64,000 nt of DNA from a virus. The position numbers and the translations under genes were made by a program. Positions 19,531 through 30,307 of this stretch are shown here, one piece after another (within the stretch, counting starts at the first letter, position 1; every line of letters starts with the position of its first letter). The notes beneath the pieces were generated by a model, which saw nothing but the letters and a program-made list of their open reading frames with translations, did not search any database and was not told where the DNA came from. The stretch covers positions 2,891 to 66,890 of IMG/VR virus record IMGVR_UViG_3300036881_000016, one strand, 5' to 3'.

Positions 19531-21207
19531 AATAGGGGATTCAAAAATGGGTGTGGCTAGTTTATTACTTAAAATGGGAATGTTCTTGACGGTCTTAGTG
19601 TGGGGTGGACTTCTAGTTCTCTTTACCCTACTCTTATTTTGGCCGTTAGGCATAATTTTACTGTTCCTGTGGCTGATCTTGTTAGCTATTATAAATTGAG
19701 GAGGAATTAAATGACAACAACGTATCTTTGTAAGCGGCGCCAAGAATATGTCCGATATTACGCTATGCCTAGCTGGCTCAAACTCCTAAAGAGGCTGGGA
19801 CTAAGCAGAGTTAAAATTCGCCGTATAATTTATGGGCGGCGTAAATCGCTTGGAAGTGATGTGTTTGTTAACGATTTGAAATGGCATTGGGAGTGGTAGG
19901 AGGTGAGAACAAATGACAACATATCTGTGTAAGCGAGACAGTATTGAGTTCTACGATCTTGATGACCTGTGCGCTAACTGCGAGATGGGCGAAATTATAG
20001 AGACTGAGAAAGGGATGCTGAAAACCGTGTGCATAGGAGAGTTCCGCGAGGTGCTTCGATAAATGACATATCATTCAGATGCCGGTTGCTCGTATGTGCT
20101 GAACCAAGAGGGGCCAGACTATGAGTATGAACGTATGATCGAATCCGAGCGGTCGCACGTTTGGAAGACTCGGTGTCGGTTCTGTGAGCATTTCGATGAC
20201 CCGGACAGGATGTCGAGAAAATATCTTGAGCAATATTATTCGGAAGGCGTCGGCTGGAATCCTTTTTGCAGCGCCGATGTGGATGATACCGACGGCGGAG
20301 AATGTGAGGACTACAAGAGGAGATCATGAGATGAACATAGAAGCGCGCCTTAAAGAGCGGGCCAATGAATGGGAGACAATCTCTTTTCATAATGTGCATA
20401 CGCGCAAGGTAACGTGGGAAGATTGCGTTCAGATAAGTCACGGGTTCGGTGCTATATGTCCCGACTGTAGGCACGCGCCGAAATGCTTTGCGAAGCGGTG
20501 CAGATATGGTTAAGAAGCGAAAAATCTGTATGAACTGCAAGTATCATGACCGGCCGTTTCGCGGTTCCTTTTGGTGCGAAGCCAAGAAACAGCAGCTTGA
20601 ATACAAGACGGGCGTAGGAAAAGGCTGCACGCTATTCGAGCTTGATACCTACTACGACTGGTATGAGTATGATGATGGGATTAAAAAATATGTGTTGATT
20701 GATCCCGCTACTATGAAGCCGGTGGAAAAATGAAAGGATTTACACTGGGCCAACTGGCTCGACTTGAACGCGACTATGAATACATAGGCGCACCTGCCGA
20801 TGCGTGGCGCACATTGTTCCATATCTTGGGGTGGCCAGATCAGTTTACACCTGAAGCGTATGACTTTGCTGAGGTGCTGGCGATGCAAACGTGGGAAGCC
20901 GCCGAAATGAAACGGAGGTTACTGGAGGTCAAGAAATGAAGATCGTTAATAAGAACGGTGAAGTTGTCGGCCACTTTCGGCAGATCACTTCACGAGACGG
21001 ATATAAGGCAATAGCGGAAGCAGAGATCACGGATCGCGATGCGGTATTGCAGATAACTTCCGACATTGAGCAATGGAATAACCAACCCGACCGGCGGGAT
21101 CGCTCCGGAGAATTTGACGTTGCGCCTGATATGACAGCTTGGGACGATCCAAAAGTCGGCATGGCAAAAGCGGATCAACCTAAGACGTTGCGGGAGCGAA
21201 TGAAAGA

Positions 21208-21693
21208 ATGATACCGATTAGACAAGTTGCACTCGATGGACAGCCGATGATGCAGGGGATTTGTGGCCGTTGCCACCGAGCGCTGAAGGTTCCAGAGAGT
21301 GTGATCCGAGGTTTTGGCCCAATCTGTTGGGCTAAGATTCAGGCAGATCAAGAACAGGAACGGCAGGAATCCTTGCCGCGCACGATCACCGATCCGAGGA
21401 AAGCTGCCGTGGCTTTGCTCGAGCTGCGGGAGTATGTAATGTTGCATCTCAAGCGGGACCGTTGTTTCTGTGGGATGCCGTACGAAAGGTGCGAGCTTGA
21501 AACCTATGACTACGGTGATTCAAAGGCTGGCTACGTGTTGGATGGTTTTAAATATCGCCAGTGGGCGTATCTAAGATGCCCTAAGTGCAAAAACGATGAG
21601 GCTTTATGGAAAATCCTAAAGACCGACGAGGAGCGTGGAATACATGCCGTCAAAGAATCCGGAAGTCCTCAAGAGATGGCAGCGCCGGAATAA
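21208..21693 (+). CDS. DUF6011-like Zn-finger protein
   Basis: 'CGRCHRALKVPESVIRGFGPICW' plus further Cys pairs. Confidence 0.7.
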   Translation: MIPIRQVALDGQPMMQGICGRCHRALKVPESVIRGFGPICWAKIQADQEQERQESLPRTITDPRKAAVALLELREYVMLHLKRDRCFCGMPYERCELETYDYGDSKAGYVLDGFKYRQWAYLRCPKCKNDEALWKILKTDEERGIHAVKESGSPQEMAAPE

Positions 21694-22318
21694 GAAGCAC
21701 CTCAATGCTTACCTAAGCATCTACCGGCGACAGAGGCGGGAAGGAAACGTTACGCTGTGTGAGAATGACTGCTTTGCTTTAGCGGCGGCCTGCAAAGCTG
21801 GCAACCTTAAAGAAGTGCAGGCTATTCTTGAAACAACTGGCGTGATGGATGCCGAAAAGATGGCGTTCTATGATCGCAAGGTCAACGAAACGGTGCGCCT
21901 TGAGCGTCACCTAGTCTGGCTCGTAAATGATATTGCCAACATGATTGCGAAGGATGCAGACGCAGGGATGAGTGTCAAAGTCAAAGGAGTTGGTGTTCTA
22001 AAAGTTGAAGAGTGGACGAGCTACATCGAGACTCGTAAGTTCCTTGTGTATGGCGATCCGAAGGATGATCCGGACCTGGAACCGACAGATCACCGATTCA
22101 AAGGTGCGGCTTTCGGGTTCGATGTGATGCCGGGGGATCGTTTCTTCTGGCACGGTCAACTTGGAGAACAAGGCGTTGCCGCAACAAGGAATAACTATCT
22201 CTCGTTTTCGCTGCATATTCCAGAGATTGTTACTGCATTTGCAGGTAAGCAGGATGAGATTATAAATAAATTGTTGAGATCGTTTACGGAGTTGAGGCAT
22301 TTGGTCGGCTCTACCTGA
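21635..22318 (+). CDS. Hypothetical protein
   Basis: 227-aa co-oriented ORF at the end of the first plus-strand gene run. Confidence 0.6.
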   Translation: MEYMPSKNPEVLKRWQRRNKKHLNAYLSIYRRQRREGNVTLCENDCFALAAACKAGNLKEVQAILETTGVMDAEKMAFYDRKVNETVRLERHLVWLVNDIANMIAKDADAGMSVKVKGVGVLKVEEWTSYIETRKFLVYGDPKDDPDLEPTDHRFKGAAFGFDVMPGDRFFWHGQLGEQGVAATRNNYLSFSLHIPEIVTAFAGKQDEIINKLLRSFTELRHLVGST

Positions 22319-22456
22319 TTCGTCGTTCAGTTTGACACAATCAGGCCAGTGAATTAGCCGGCATGTGTTAGTCGCATGCGACTATGATCGACAAGGTGAA
22401 TCCGAGGCCGTGACGGGCTTATCTACCAAACAAAACTGTTCTTTTGTTGCATGCGA

Positions 22457-22783
22457 TTACCGTCTGAAGATTCTTTTCCACCAGGGAGTCATGATCTTCT
22501 CAGCTGCCGGAAGTAACTTTATTGTAGCCAATGCGTATTCACCTCGGAGCTCCTCGAGCATTGAACGCAACTCTTGAAGTTCTTGATCCTTCGCTGCAAG
22601 CAGTTCAGCTTTGTGAATATTGTCGATCCGAAGTTGTTCAGTCTCTTGTGTTTGTGGTGAGTAGTATTTCTCAAGAGCGAGCTGAACGATGTTGCCTCTT
22701 GGGATGCTTTCGCCTTGTGATTGATCTTCCAGCTTCTCGGCCAGTTCATCCGAGACTTCGATCCGAAGTTTGTTTAAAGGCAT
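22457..22783 (-). CDS. Ribbon-helix-helix + coiled coil + C-terminal amphipathic helix protein
   Basis: 'KLRIEVSDELAEKLE..IPRGNIVQLALEKYY' (RHH-like), heptad coiled coil, C-terminus 'PWWKRIFRR'. Confidence 0.7.
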   Translation of the reverse strand: MPLNKLRIEVSDELAEKLEDQSQGESIPRGNIVQLALEKYYSPQTQETEQLRIDNIHKAELLAAKDQELQELRSMLEELRGEYALATIKLLPAAEKIMTPWWKRIFRR

Positions 22784-22812
22784 AGAGGATGATTGGAAGC
22801 ATAGGTCAAAAC

Positions 22813-22828
22813 GTTTCCTACGGGAAAC
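22813..22828. promoter_or_regulatory. 16-bp palindrome GTTTCCTACGGGAAAC (copy 2)
   Basis: Intergenic, about 30 nt upstream of the RHH gene. Confidence 0.75.
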
Positions 22829-23077
22829 CGTATTTAAAGAATATGTGTCGTAACATATTCTTTATAAATGAATCCGTAACTCACAAATATGTGTCATGCT
22901 TCCGAAGATAGCACCGGAAAAAGATAGTTTATTTATTATCGGAAAAATTCTCCCGTTGAGCATGTTCTTACTTTATATAAATACCTTACGAAATATGGTG
23001 AGAATCGGCGAAACATTAGCATGGTTCGAGCATGTTGTGTTTCGGAGGTTAACACAGGAACCATAGTTTGAGATTCA

Positions 23078-23085
23078 TTTATATA
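23078..23085 (+). promoter_or_regulatory. TATA box TTTATATA
   Basis: 22 nt upstream of ATG 23108, which has no RBS. Confidence 0.5.
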
Positions 23086-23107
23086 TGATCTGTGACGAGT
23101 ATAGACT

Positions 23108-23509
23108 ATGGCAGATATGTTTAGATTCATCGCTGATGATGACAAATCTTTTTGGAAACGTATCAGCTCAAGAGTCGATGGCTGTCGGACTCCTCATTGC
23201 TGGGAGTTAAAGGATGAGGAAGACGGACAAATATATCTTGATCGAAAGCGCGTCGATACAGCGACGGGAGGTAAGCGAGGTCGATATGTACAGATCCGAC
23301 GCCTTCTATTTCTTGTAAGCTGGGGTGTCATATTACCGGGACGCAAGATAACTATGCGCTGCGGGAATACCAAGTGCGTTAACCCAGCTCATGCAAGAAT
23401 GAAAGGTGTTCCAGCAGAATACGGTCAGATTCAGATGCTCATAAACTCAAAGTATCTGACAGAAGATCAAGCGAAAATGTGGTATGTTGAGGCAAGGGAG
23501 GAACAGTGA
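23108..23509 (+). CDS. Degenerate HNH-fold protein
   Basis: 'FWKRI..CWEL..MRCGNTKCVNPAH'; the His usually found before the first Cys of the HNH motif is absent. Confidence 0.6.
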   Translation: MADMFRFIADDDKSFWKRISSRVDGCRTPHCWELKDEEDGQIYLDRKRVDTATGGKRGRYVQIRRLLFLVSWGVILPGRKITMRCGNTKCVNPAHARMKGVPAEYGQIQMLINSKYLTEDQAKMWYVEAREEQ

Positions 23510-23698
23510 ACGACACCGAACTTTTGGATCGAGTTGTCGAGATATTTGGAAGGACAGAATTTCGTGGCTTTGATGGCTTGACGGCTCAAAGCGCAGAAGT
23601 AGCAATTTAGCATACCCTTATAAGCAACCACTTCACATAGGTTTACTTGTATCTTCGTAGTAAGAAGATATTTAAATGTAGCAGGAAGTGTGCTGTGT

Positions 23699-24778
23699 AT
23701 GGTAGTTGCTGAAGTTGAAGCACCAATTAGTCTAGCCAAGGAGCATTTGCCCCTCAGGGTAGAACGTAAGTTGGTCAGGCCGAATCAATTCAATCCTCGA
23801 ACAAAGTATGACCGCGAGGACTTAACGGACCTGATGCCGAACATTGCAGCAAACGGCGTGAAAGACCCGTTGCTGGTTCGCCCGATCCCAAAAGACGAAG
23901 AGGGCCATATCTATGAAGTTGTAGACGGAGATCGTCGGCTGCGTGCCGCGACAGAGCTAAAGATCGCTAAGTTTGACGTATGGGTGAAGCGTATGTCAGA
24001 CGTCGAAGTGATGAAAGAGGGCACGATCTTTAACTTCTTTAGACGAAACATCGGTCCCGTCGAAGTAGGCCGAGCGCTTTCAACATTATATAAGGCGCCG
24101 GAATATGAGATGATGTCGCTCACGAAGTTTGCGCACACTATGGGATTCTCAAAAGGTGACGCCTCACGTTTGATGGCACTCCCAGACGGCTTGTCGATGG
24201 AGATTCAAGAGAAGGTTGCACCTCAAGGCAAGACACGCCGAATCCCTGAAGGCAGCATTGATGGCCGCACCGCGTATTACTTTACGCGAATCCCGAAAGG
24301 TGAGCGCCAGGTAGAAGTCGCCGACGCTGTAGCGGCTGTGCCGAAGCTGCGGGGAGATAGGGTAGGTAAGGTCGTCGAAGAAGCAAAGCAGCATCCGGAG
24401 GAGCCTGCAACCGAGATAATCGAGAAGCTTCTTAAAAGAGATGAGCACACCGGCGGTCCGACCCTCACGATGTCGCTTGAGGACTATCAGAAGATCGAGC
24501 AAGGCAAGAAGTCTACAGTCGTGGTGCGCGGTTCAGCTGTGCAGCCTGGCGTCAGACCGGAAGCGGAAGTAACACCGCTCGTCAGGGGCAAGCCTCTGAA
24601 GGTGATGGAGACATACCGGCGCAATCTCTCAAAGTTTAAGGATCGAGATGCAGAGCGCGATGGCTACAAGAACCTTGAAGAGTTCAAAGCGAAGTGGACT
24701 GAGCGATATGGGGAATGGCCCGAAGATGAATCAGTCTCAATAATTCAGTTCTACAGCGCTGACCAGTTAAAACATTAG
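23699..24778 (+). CDS. parB: ParB/Spo0J-family protein with HTH and a C-terminal ASCH-like domain
   Basis: 'PNQFNPR..NGVKDPLLVRP..YEVVDGDRRLRAA' (ParB CTPase motif); HTH 'SLTKFAHTMGFSKGDASRLMAL'; C-terminal 'KIEQGKKSTVVVR..DAERDGYKNLEEFKAKW..Y..VSIIQF' is ASCH-like. Confidence 0.85.
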   Translation: MVVAEVEAPISLAKEHLPLRVERKLVRPNQFNPRTKYDREDLTDLMPNIAANGVKDPLLVRPIPKDEEGHIYEVVDGDRRLRAATELKIAKFDVWVKRMSDVEVMKEGTIFNFFRRNIGPVEVGRALSTLYKAPEYEMMSLTKFAHTMGFSKGDASRLMALPDGLSMEIQEKVAPQGKTRRIPEGSIDGRTAYYFTRIPKGERQVEVADAVAAVPKLRGDRVGKVVEEAKQHPEEPATEIIEKLLKRDEHTGGPTLTMSLEDYQKIEQGKKSTVVVRGSAVQPGVRPEAEVTPLVRGKPLKVMETYRRNLSKFKDRDAERDGYKNLEEFKAKWTERYGEWPEDESVSIIQFYSADQLKH

Positions 24779-24780
24779 TG

Positions 24781-24815
24781 GGTAGGAACACTCGTTCCTA
24801 CCATCTTATTTTCTT
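24781..24815 (+). terminator. Hairpin plus pyrimidine tract after parB
   Basis: GGTAGGAAC-ACTC-GTTCCTACC followed by ATCTTATTTTCTT. Confidence 0.55.
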
Positions 24816-24861
24816 ACCTCTACCGAAAAGTTCTTATTAAGAACATCTAATTAGTAAGCGC

Positions 24862-24877
24862 GTTTCCGAGAGGAAAT
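24862..24877. promoter_or_regulatory. Palindrome GTTTCCGAGAGGAAAT (copy 3)
   Basis: Intergenic, just downstream of parB. Confidence 0.6.
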
Positions 24878-25171
24878 GTATTGAGGGAGGGGCACAGTGA
24901 TACACAGTCTTGTCTTGATGATATCGTCTTTAAGTAGCACACAGCTCGACCAGTTAACGGTAGCGCTTAGAAAGATGGGGGGCCGTGACGAAGAACACCC
25001 ATTAGCAAAGCCGGTGCCGACGGATGACGAAGGCGACCTAGGGCCAGTGATTGATGAAGTGGACGCGCTTATCCAAACCGGCGCGGAAGAGCATCGACGT
25101 TTATGGAGCGCACTAGAACGACTAGAAGGCAAACTTGATGCGTTGGAAGTTAATCGCGAGGTGTTTTAGAT

Positions 25172-25187
25172 GTTTCCCGTAGGAAAC
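25172..25187. promoter_or_regulatory. Palindrome GTTTCCCGTAGGAAAC (copy 4)
   Basis: Exact reverse complement of copy 2; extends to TGTTTCC..GGAAACA. Confidence 0.7.
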
Positions 25188-25278
25188 ACCGAGGAGGTGG
25201 ATCACGTCCGAGATCAGGCGCCAGCGGTCTCAGTATCGTCGGCGATGGGAGAACAGTAACAGCATTAGTCTTGACGCA

Positions 25279-25485
25279 TTGGATGAGCAAATCATCCAGT
25301 GTATTTTTAAAAACCCCGGTATTAGTATCGCGGGGATGTGGCGCCGCTTATCAAAGAGCATGGAGCCGCCACGTATCTATGTCATTCATTATCGCGTTAA
25401 GACTCTTGAAGCTGCTGGAATTTTAGTAACGGCACGAATAGCGAACGAGCGTAGATGCCGTCTCGCGCAAGGAGGGAAGAGGTGA
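25279..25485 (+). CDS. Winged-helix DNA-binding protein
   Basis: 'DEQIIQCI.KNPGISI..IHYRVKTLEAAGILV'. Confidence 0.6.
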   Translation: MDEQIIQCIFKNPGISIAGMWRRLSKSMEPPRIYVIHYRVKTLEAAGILVTARIANERRCRLAQGGKR

Positions 25486-25747
25486 GCGAGTTTAGAGATA
25501 GCCAAGAGATAATCGAATGTCAAAAAGAGTGCTACGTCTCGCGACGAGTGCATGAGATTCACGATTCAAAGATAGGGATTTCGCACCACTTCGCTGACGA
25601 GGTTCGGTGTCCGTTGAATCGTGAGGTCATAGAAGGTTGTTTCGATTGCGACTACACTGACATCTTGAGCCGCTGTTGTTATCCTGTCAACATTATGGAA
25701 GCAATTCACGATGGCAAAGCGAGGCCGTGGGAGGAAGGAGATGACGA

Positions 25748-26077
25748 GTGAAAGCGGATGAACTTCTCCTTGCTTCCATAGCCGTTCCGAATCCGAAGTG
25801 GGAGAAGCTGAGGCGCAAACACCTGAAAGAACATAACCGATGCGCGGCCTGCGACACACGAAGGAACCTCGAGGCCCATCACATCCGACCAACGCAATGG
25901 TATAAGGAGCTGACACTTGATCCGAGCAATCTAATCACGCTCTGCACGAAGCCGGCGAATCACCATTTGAGTGAAGGTCACTTGATGGACTTCAAAAGCT
26001 ACAACGAAAACGTGGTTGCTGACTGCGCCTGGATGCTGAAACGCCAGAAGCACCGACCGATATGGAGGCGATTTTGA
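25748..26077 (+). CDS. HNH endonuclease
   Basis: 'WEKLRRKHL..CAACD..LEAHHI..LDPSNLITLC..HH'. Confidence 0.85.
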   Translation: MKADELLLASIAVPNPKWEKLRRKHLKEHNRCAACDTRRNLEAHHIRPTQWYKELTLDPSNLITLCTKPANHHLSEGHLMDFKSYNENVVADCAWMLKRQKHRPIWRRF

Positions 26078-26372
26078 GCAAGATATACCAATGTCCTAGT
26101 TGTTCACAGTTCATGCTCAAGAGGTTCCATTCATTCTGCAACATCAGCACCGAACGAGTTTGGGAAGCAACCGCAGCCCCAACGTGTGAAAGCTGCCTGA
26201 ACGATCCGAGCGAATGCGCCCACAAGCACATCACTGCATCTATAGAAAAGAAGATTAAGTATTGTCAATTTTGGGTTTCTAAAACATACGATCCGATGAT
26301 TGAAATTGAAATAAAAGATGATTGTGAACCAGGCGATCATGTGAAAGTGACGATTAGTAAGGAGGGGATAAG

Positions 26373-26573
26373 ATGAGTCAGGTCGAAGTGTGGGATTTGC
26401 TTCGCACGAAGACGGAACCTGTGACGGTTCCAGAGATCGCGATGGAGTTGGGCTACAACACAAGCTCAATCTACAAGTTTCTGCATGGCCTCAAGATGCG
26501 GGGTGTTATTATCACGACGAAATACGGCAAGGGCCATCGGTTTAGTTTAAACGAACGAGGGAGGAAGTCATGA
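26373..26573 (+). CDS. Winged-helix protein
   Basis: 'PVTVPEIAMELGYNTSSIYKFLHGLKMRGVI'. Confidence 0.75.
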   Translation: MSQVEVWDLLRTKTEPVTVPEIAMELGYNTSSIYKFLHGLKMRGVIITTKYGKGHRFSLNERGRKS

Positions 26574-28095
26574 ATGATACGGAGATTTTGGAACAGGTCA
26601 GAGAGATGATTCTTAATCTGGCAGCGAGGAGTGAGCCAGTTTTTACGCGACCACTCGCGGAGATCATAGCGTATATCAGTGAGAATAGCGGGCCGGCGCG
26701 GTCGATGAAGCGCGAGCTGGCACAGCGCGCGTGGGATGCGGAAAAGGTGATCCGAGAAATTGTGCGCGATGAGTTGCATACTGCTCAGATCACCTCAAAG
26801 GTAGCAAAGCTGATCTTCGAGCTGAGTGTGCCGGATCAGATGAAAATTGAGCTGCTGGAAAACGATGTTCAGCTAGAAGTGCGGGACCGTGACGATAAAC
26901 TACTGTATGTAATAACTACGTTTGATATCAAGGAGGCCAAAGATGGAGATGGATGTTCCGGCGGGTGTAACTGTCGAACGTAACGGGAAGATTATCGGGA
27001 CCGTCAGATCGTTCAATATGTATGTAGGAAATATGCCAACGATCACCGTGACTGTCGCTGATTGGGATGCGTTTGACGAAATCATAGAGGCAATGAAAGG
27101 GAGGTATTGAAGGTATTGAATATGCTACTTTTTCCACAGATTGTTCCTTGGCCACTCGTAAGTTTCTTACTCGGCCAGGGTTGGGCGTCGTTGATATGGG
27201 TTTTCTTGGTGATCTAATGCAGAAGTCTTATGGAGGCATTGAAAGGTGACCATGAGCTGCAACAACTGTTGTGTTTATATGGCACTTTATGTTAAAGAAG
27301 GCAAGAGCTGCCCGTTCTACCTCAGTATTGGAGAGATGAAACGGCGAGAGGAGGCGCAATGCAAGACAGAAAAAATTCTCGAAGAGCAAGAAGAAAGGAT
27401 GCGGAGCCAATAATGTGCTCGCAATGCGGCAAAGAGATCAAGACGAGCACGCGAGAAACCTACTACAGTGGAATCCGCGGGGGTGAAACATATGCGCTGC
27501 ATCCAGCGTGCCGAGCGCAATGGCTCGAAGATTGGGCCAGGTTAGGTAACGAAACTCGCAAGCAGATCTACGAAGGCGGCAGGTGGATGTTTTAAAATGG
27601 CGGACCGCGACTATGATTGGATAATGAACAGAATCGGGACCGGCGACGTCGAAGAGCGAATAGAACATCCTACGCCGGTGTGGGTAGGATGGCTTGCGAT
27701 CGCGGCGCTAGTGCTGCTAATTGTTTTCTTTTATCTGATGGAGGTAAAGGTGATCTAATGATTGAAACTGAAATGGTTAGAGCGCGTTGCCAGGGCTGCA
27801 GCATGCGAGGGAGTGCCGAATGTGAACATTGCATGCCGAGACCAAGAGGTGCGACGAGATTTCAAAGCGCCTGCCAGTTTGTATGTGCGATCCTGCTAAC
27901 GCCGGTCTTTGTCTACCTGTTTTTGATAGCCGATATCGTTGATTGGTTGGGGGATCATGTCTACAGAAAAAAAGGTTGATCGACTCAGAGCTAGGGACTT
28001 AGCGGCAAAGACCGACCGCTATATCATGTATGGCTACAAGCAACACGACGCGGAATTGCTTGCCGCAGCGGAACTAGAAGACGAGGAAGAAAAGA

Positions 28096-28308
28096 ATGCA
28101 AGCACCCAACAAGTATAGCAATCCGTCGAACAACAGGGCTAGGCGGCAATGGAAACAAAGCAAGCGCGATGCGGGCTACATTAACGTAAATATGTGGCTT
28201 GAACCGGAGCTGAGTGAGCCGATTAGAAAGATAGCGACTGACAAAATGTTGCCGTTCTCGACGGCAGTTGAGGTAGTATTGCGAGAAGCACTCTCAGGTG
28301 AAAAATGA
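28096..28308 (+). CDS. RHH-like DNA-binding protein
   Basis: 'RDAGYINVNMWL..IRKIA..FSTAVEVVLREAL'. Confidence 0.5.
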   Translation: MQAPNKYSNPSNNRARRQWKQSKRDAGYINVNMWLEPELSEPIRKIATDKMLPFSTAVEVVLREALSGEK

Positions 28309-29216
28309 CTTCTTACCACGGAAAAAATACTTGGATGTGTGGTGATTGCGTTGCACTTTTAGGTGAATCTTACGACGACTTAAAATGTATTTATAATCTT
28401 AGCACAAATGCATTCGGACACTGTTTAGGGCATCAGGAAAAGAAGAAAAAGAAAAGGGGTGAAAAATGACAAAGTGTAGTCTTTGTGGAGATGAGCGTAA
28501 GAACATAATCTGGTTCGTCAACGACAAGCCGGCGTGCAAGAAGCATCACGATATGATCCTGCACATCTCGACGGCCTTTGATATCGTCGGGATCAAGTTT
28601 GAACAAAGGATGGAGAATGATAGCGACAGGTGAAGAGTTGGTTTACTCTGTTGGCCATTATATCAAATACCAATGCGCGCTACTACCTGCTACTGAAGCA
28701 CCCTCTACGATGCAGGAGGTCTTTAGCTCTTACAAAGGATGGGTTAAACGATATGATCGTTCGTGGGCATTAATCGACGGTGTAACAATCCGTGATTTCA
28801 GCAGGGCGCTTCGGGCTATTGAGCTAGACCTGGGCATAACCTTGATCCGAGGCCGCAATACAAGAGGCAAACGGCACGTTGAGGTAACGATCAGACCGCT
28901 CACGTAAATGACCAATGCTTTATAGTATTAAAAGGAAGAATAAGTAACGAACAATGGAGGTGAAATATGGATGGTGTGGAACTAGTAGCTGTGCTCGCTG
29001 GACTTGCAGCCGTGACGTCGTGGATCGGCATGTTCACTAGTGTAGACAAGGATGGCTACATAACTGACATAAAGGAAATGAAATTCGCGGTGGTCTGCGT
29101 GAGTATCGCGTGGCTCGCTACATTGTTGGTAGGGGTGTGGTTGATTTTATGAATCGAAGTGATGAAGTGCTGAAGGAGCTGCGAAAACTTAACGAAGCAA
29201 ACGACAAGCTTCGTAA

Positions 29217-29705
29217 GGATACCGAGAAGAGAAGAGTGCAAAAGCTAGACTGAGATATCACGAGAATCACGATCTTTGCTTACAAATAGCCAAAAAGGAT
29301 TACGTAGCGCACCAAGCGGAGAGACAAGCAAAGACTAGACAATACCGAAAGGAACATCCGGAAAAAGTTTGCGCGGCAGTAAGAAACTGGTTCAAAGCAA
29401 ACCCACAGAAACGAGTCTTATACGAACAGATTCGTCGCACTCGCAAACGAGGAACCGGAGGTTCATATACCATCGGTGAATTGAATGATTTATTCGCTCA
29501 GCAAGAAGGCTTTTGTGCCTATTGTGGTGAGTTGTTATACGGACGGTTTGACTCCGAGGTTCACGTAGAACACAGAACCCCTGTCTCGAAAGGAGGCAGT
29601 AGTAATATAGAAAACATTGCTCTGACTTGTGCTAAATGCAATTTGACTAAGGGTACTCTAACCGATGAGGAGTTTATTTTAAAACTTGGAGGCCGCCGTG
29701 TATGA
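29217..29705 (+). pseudogene. HNH endonuclease paralogous to 31381-31923, lacking an in-frame canonical start for its N-terminal part
   Basis: The frame is open from about 29217 (..WFKANPQKRV..RRTRKRGTGGSYT..ELNDLFAQQEGFCAYCG..HVEHRTP.SKGGS..NI.L.C..CN..KG). The nearest upstream ATG (29149) is in another frame. Confidence 0.6.
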
Positions 29706-29998
29706 ACGAAGAGATTCTGGACACAGACAACTGTCTAATCTTAGACGTTAAATACACCCGTCGCGACTGTGCGATCTGCGAGGTCGAAGGTTGTATCCAG
29801 GCCATTGAAGCAAAGAAGGAATTGATAGGAGTGAGCTCATGAAGATGAAGCGAAGAATGAAAGTGAAGCGATATGTGACGAATGTAGTTGTGCTGGTTAT
29901 CCTCACTGCAGCAGCGGTGTTTCTCTTCCTCGGGAGAGTTTCGCCAAAAGCGGTGAGAGATAAAACAAAGCGAATGCACGTGTTAGGAGGTGAATTGA

Positions 29999-30280
29999 AT
30001 GGTAAGTCCAAGAATTAGAGAAGTAGCAGACGACAAAGAGATGGCCCGTGTTATCGACGACTTTATGACTCAGGGCTACACGGTCAAGGAATCGGGAGAG
30101 CGGTCAGCGTTGCTGAAGAAAAAGTCGTGGGGATCAGGGGCAGGTATTATCGTGTCGATAGTCCTAGCTGCGATCCTGACGGTCTTCACGTTGGGGATCA
30201 GTTGGTTAATCCCGATAGTCTATGTGATATACGCGCACTATGCAGCCCCGGAAGTCCTGATCCGGTTGCCGATGGAGTAA
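29999..30280 (+). CDS. Small membrane protein
   Basis: 'IDDFMTQGYTVKE' followed by a hydrophobic hairpin; RBS AGGAGGTGA. Confidence 0.65.
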   Translation: MVSPRIREVADDKEMARVIDDFMTQGYTVKESGERSALLKKKSWGSGAGIIVSIVLAAILTVFTLGISWLIPIVYVIYAHYAAPEVLIRLPME

Positions 30281-30307
30281 AGTAACAGAGGAAGTATAGA
30301 CCCAACT

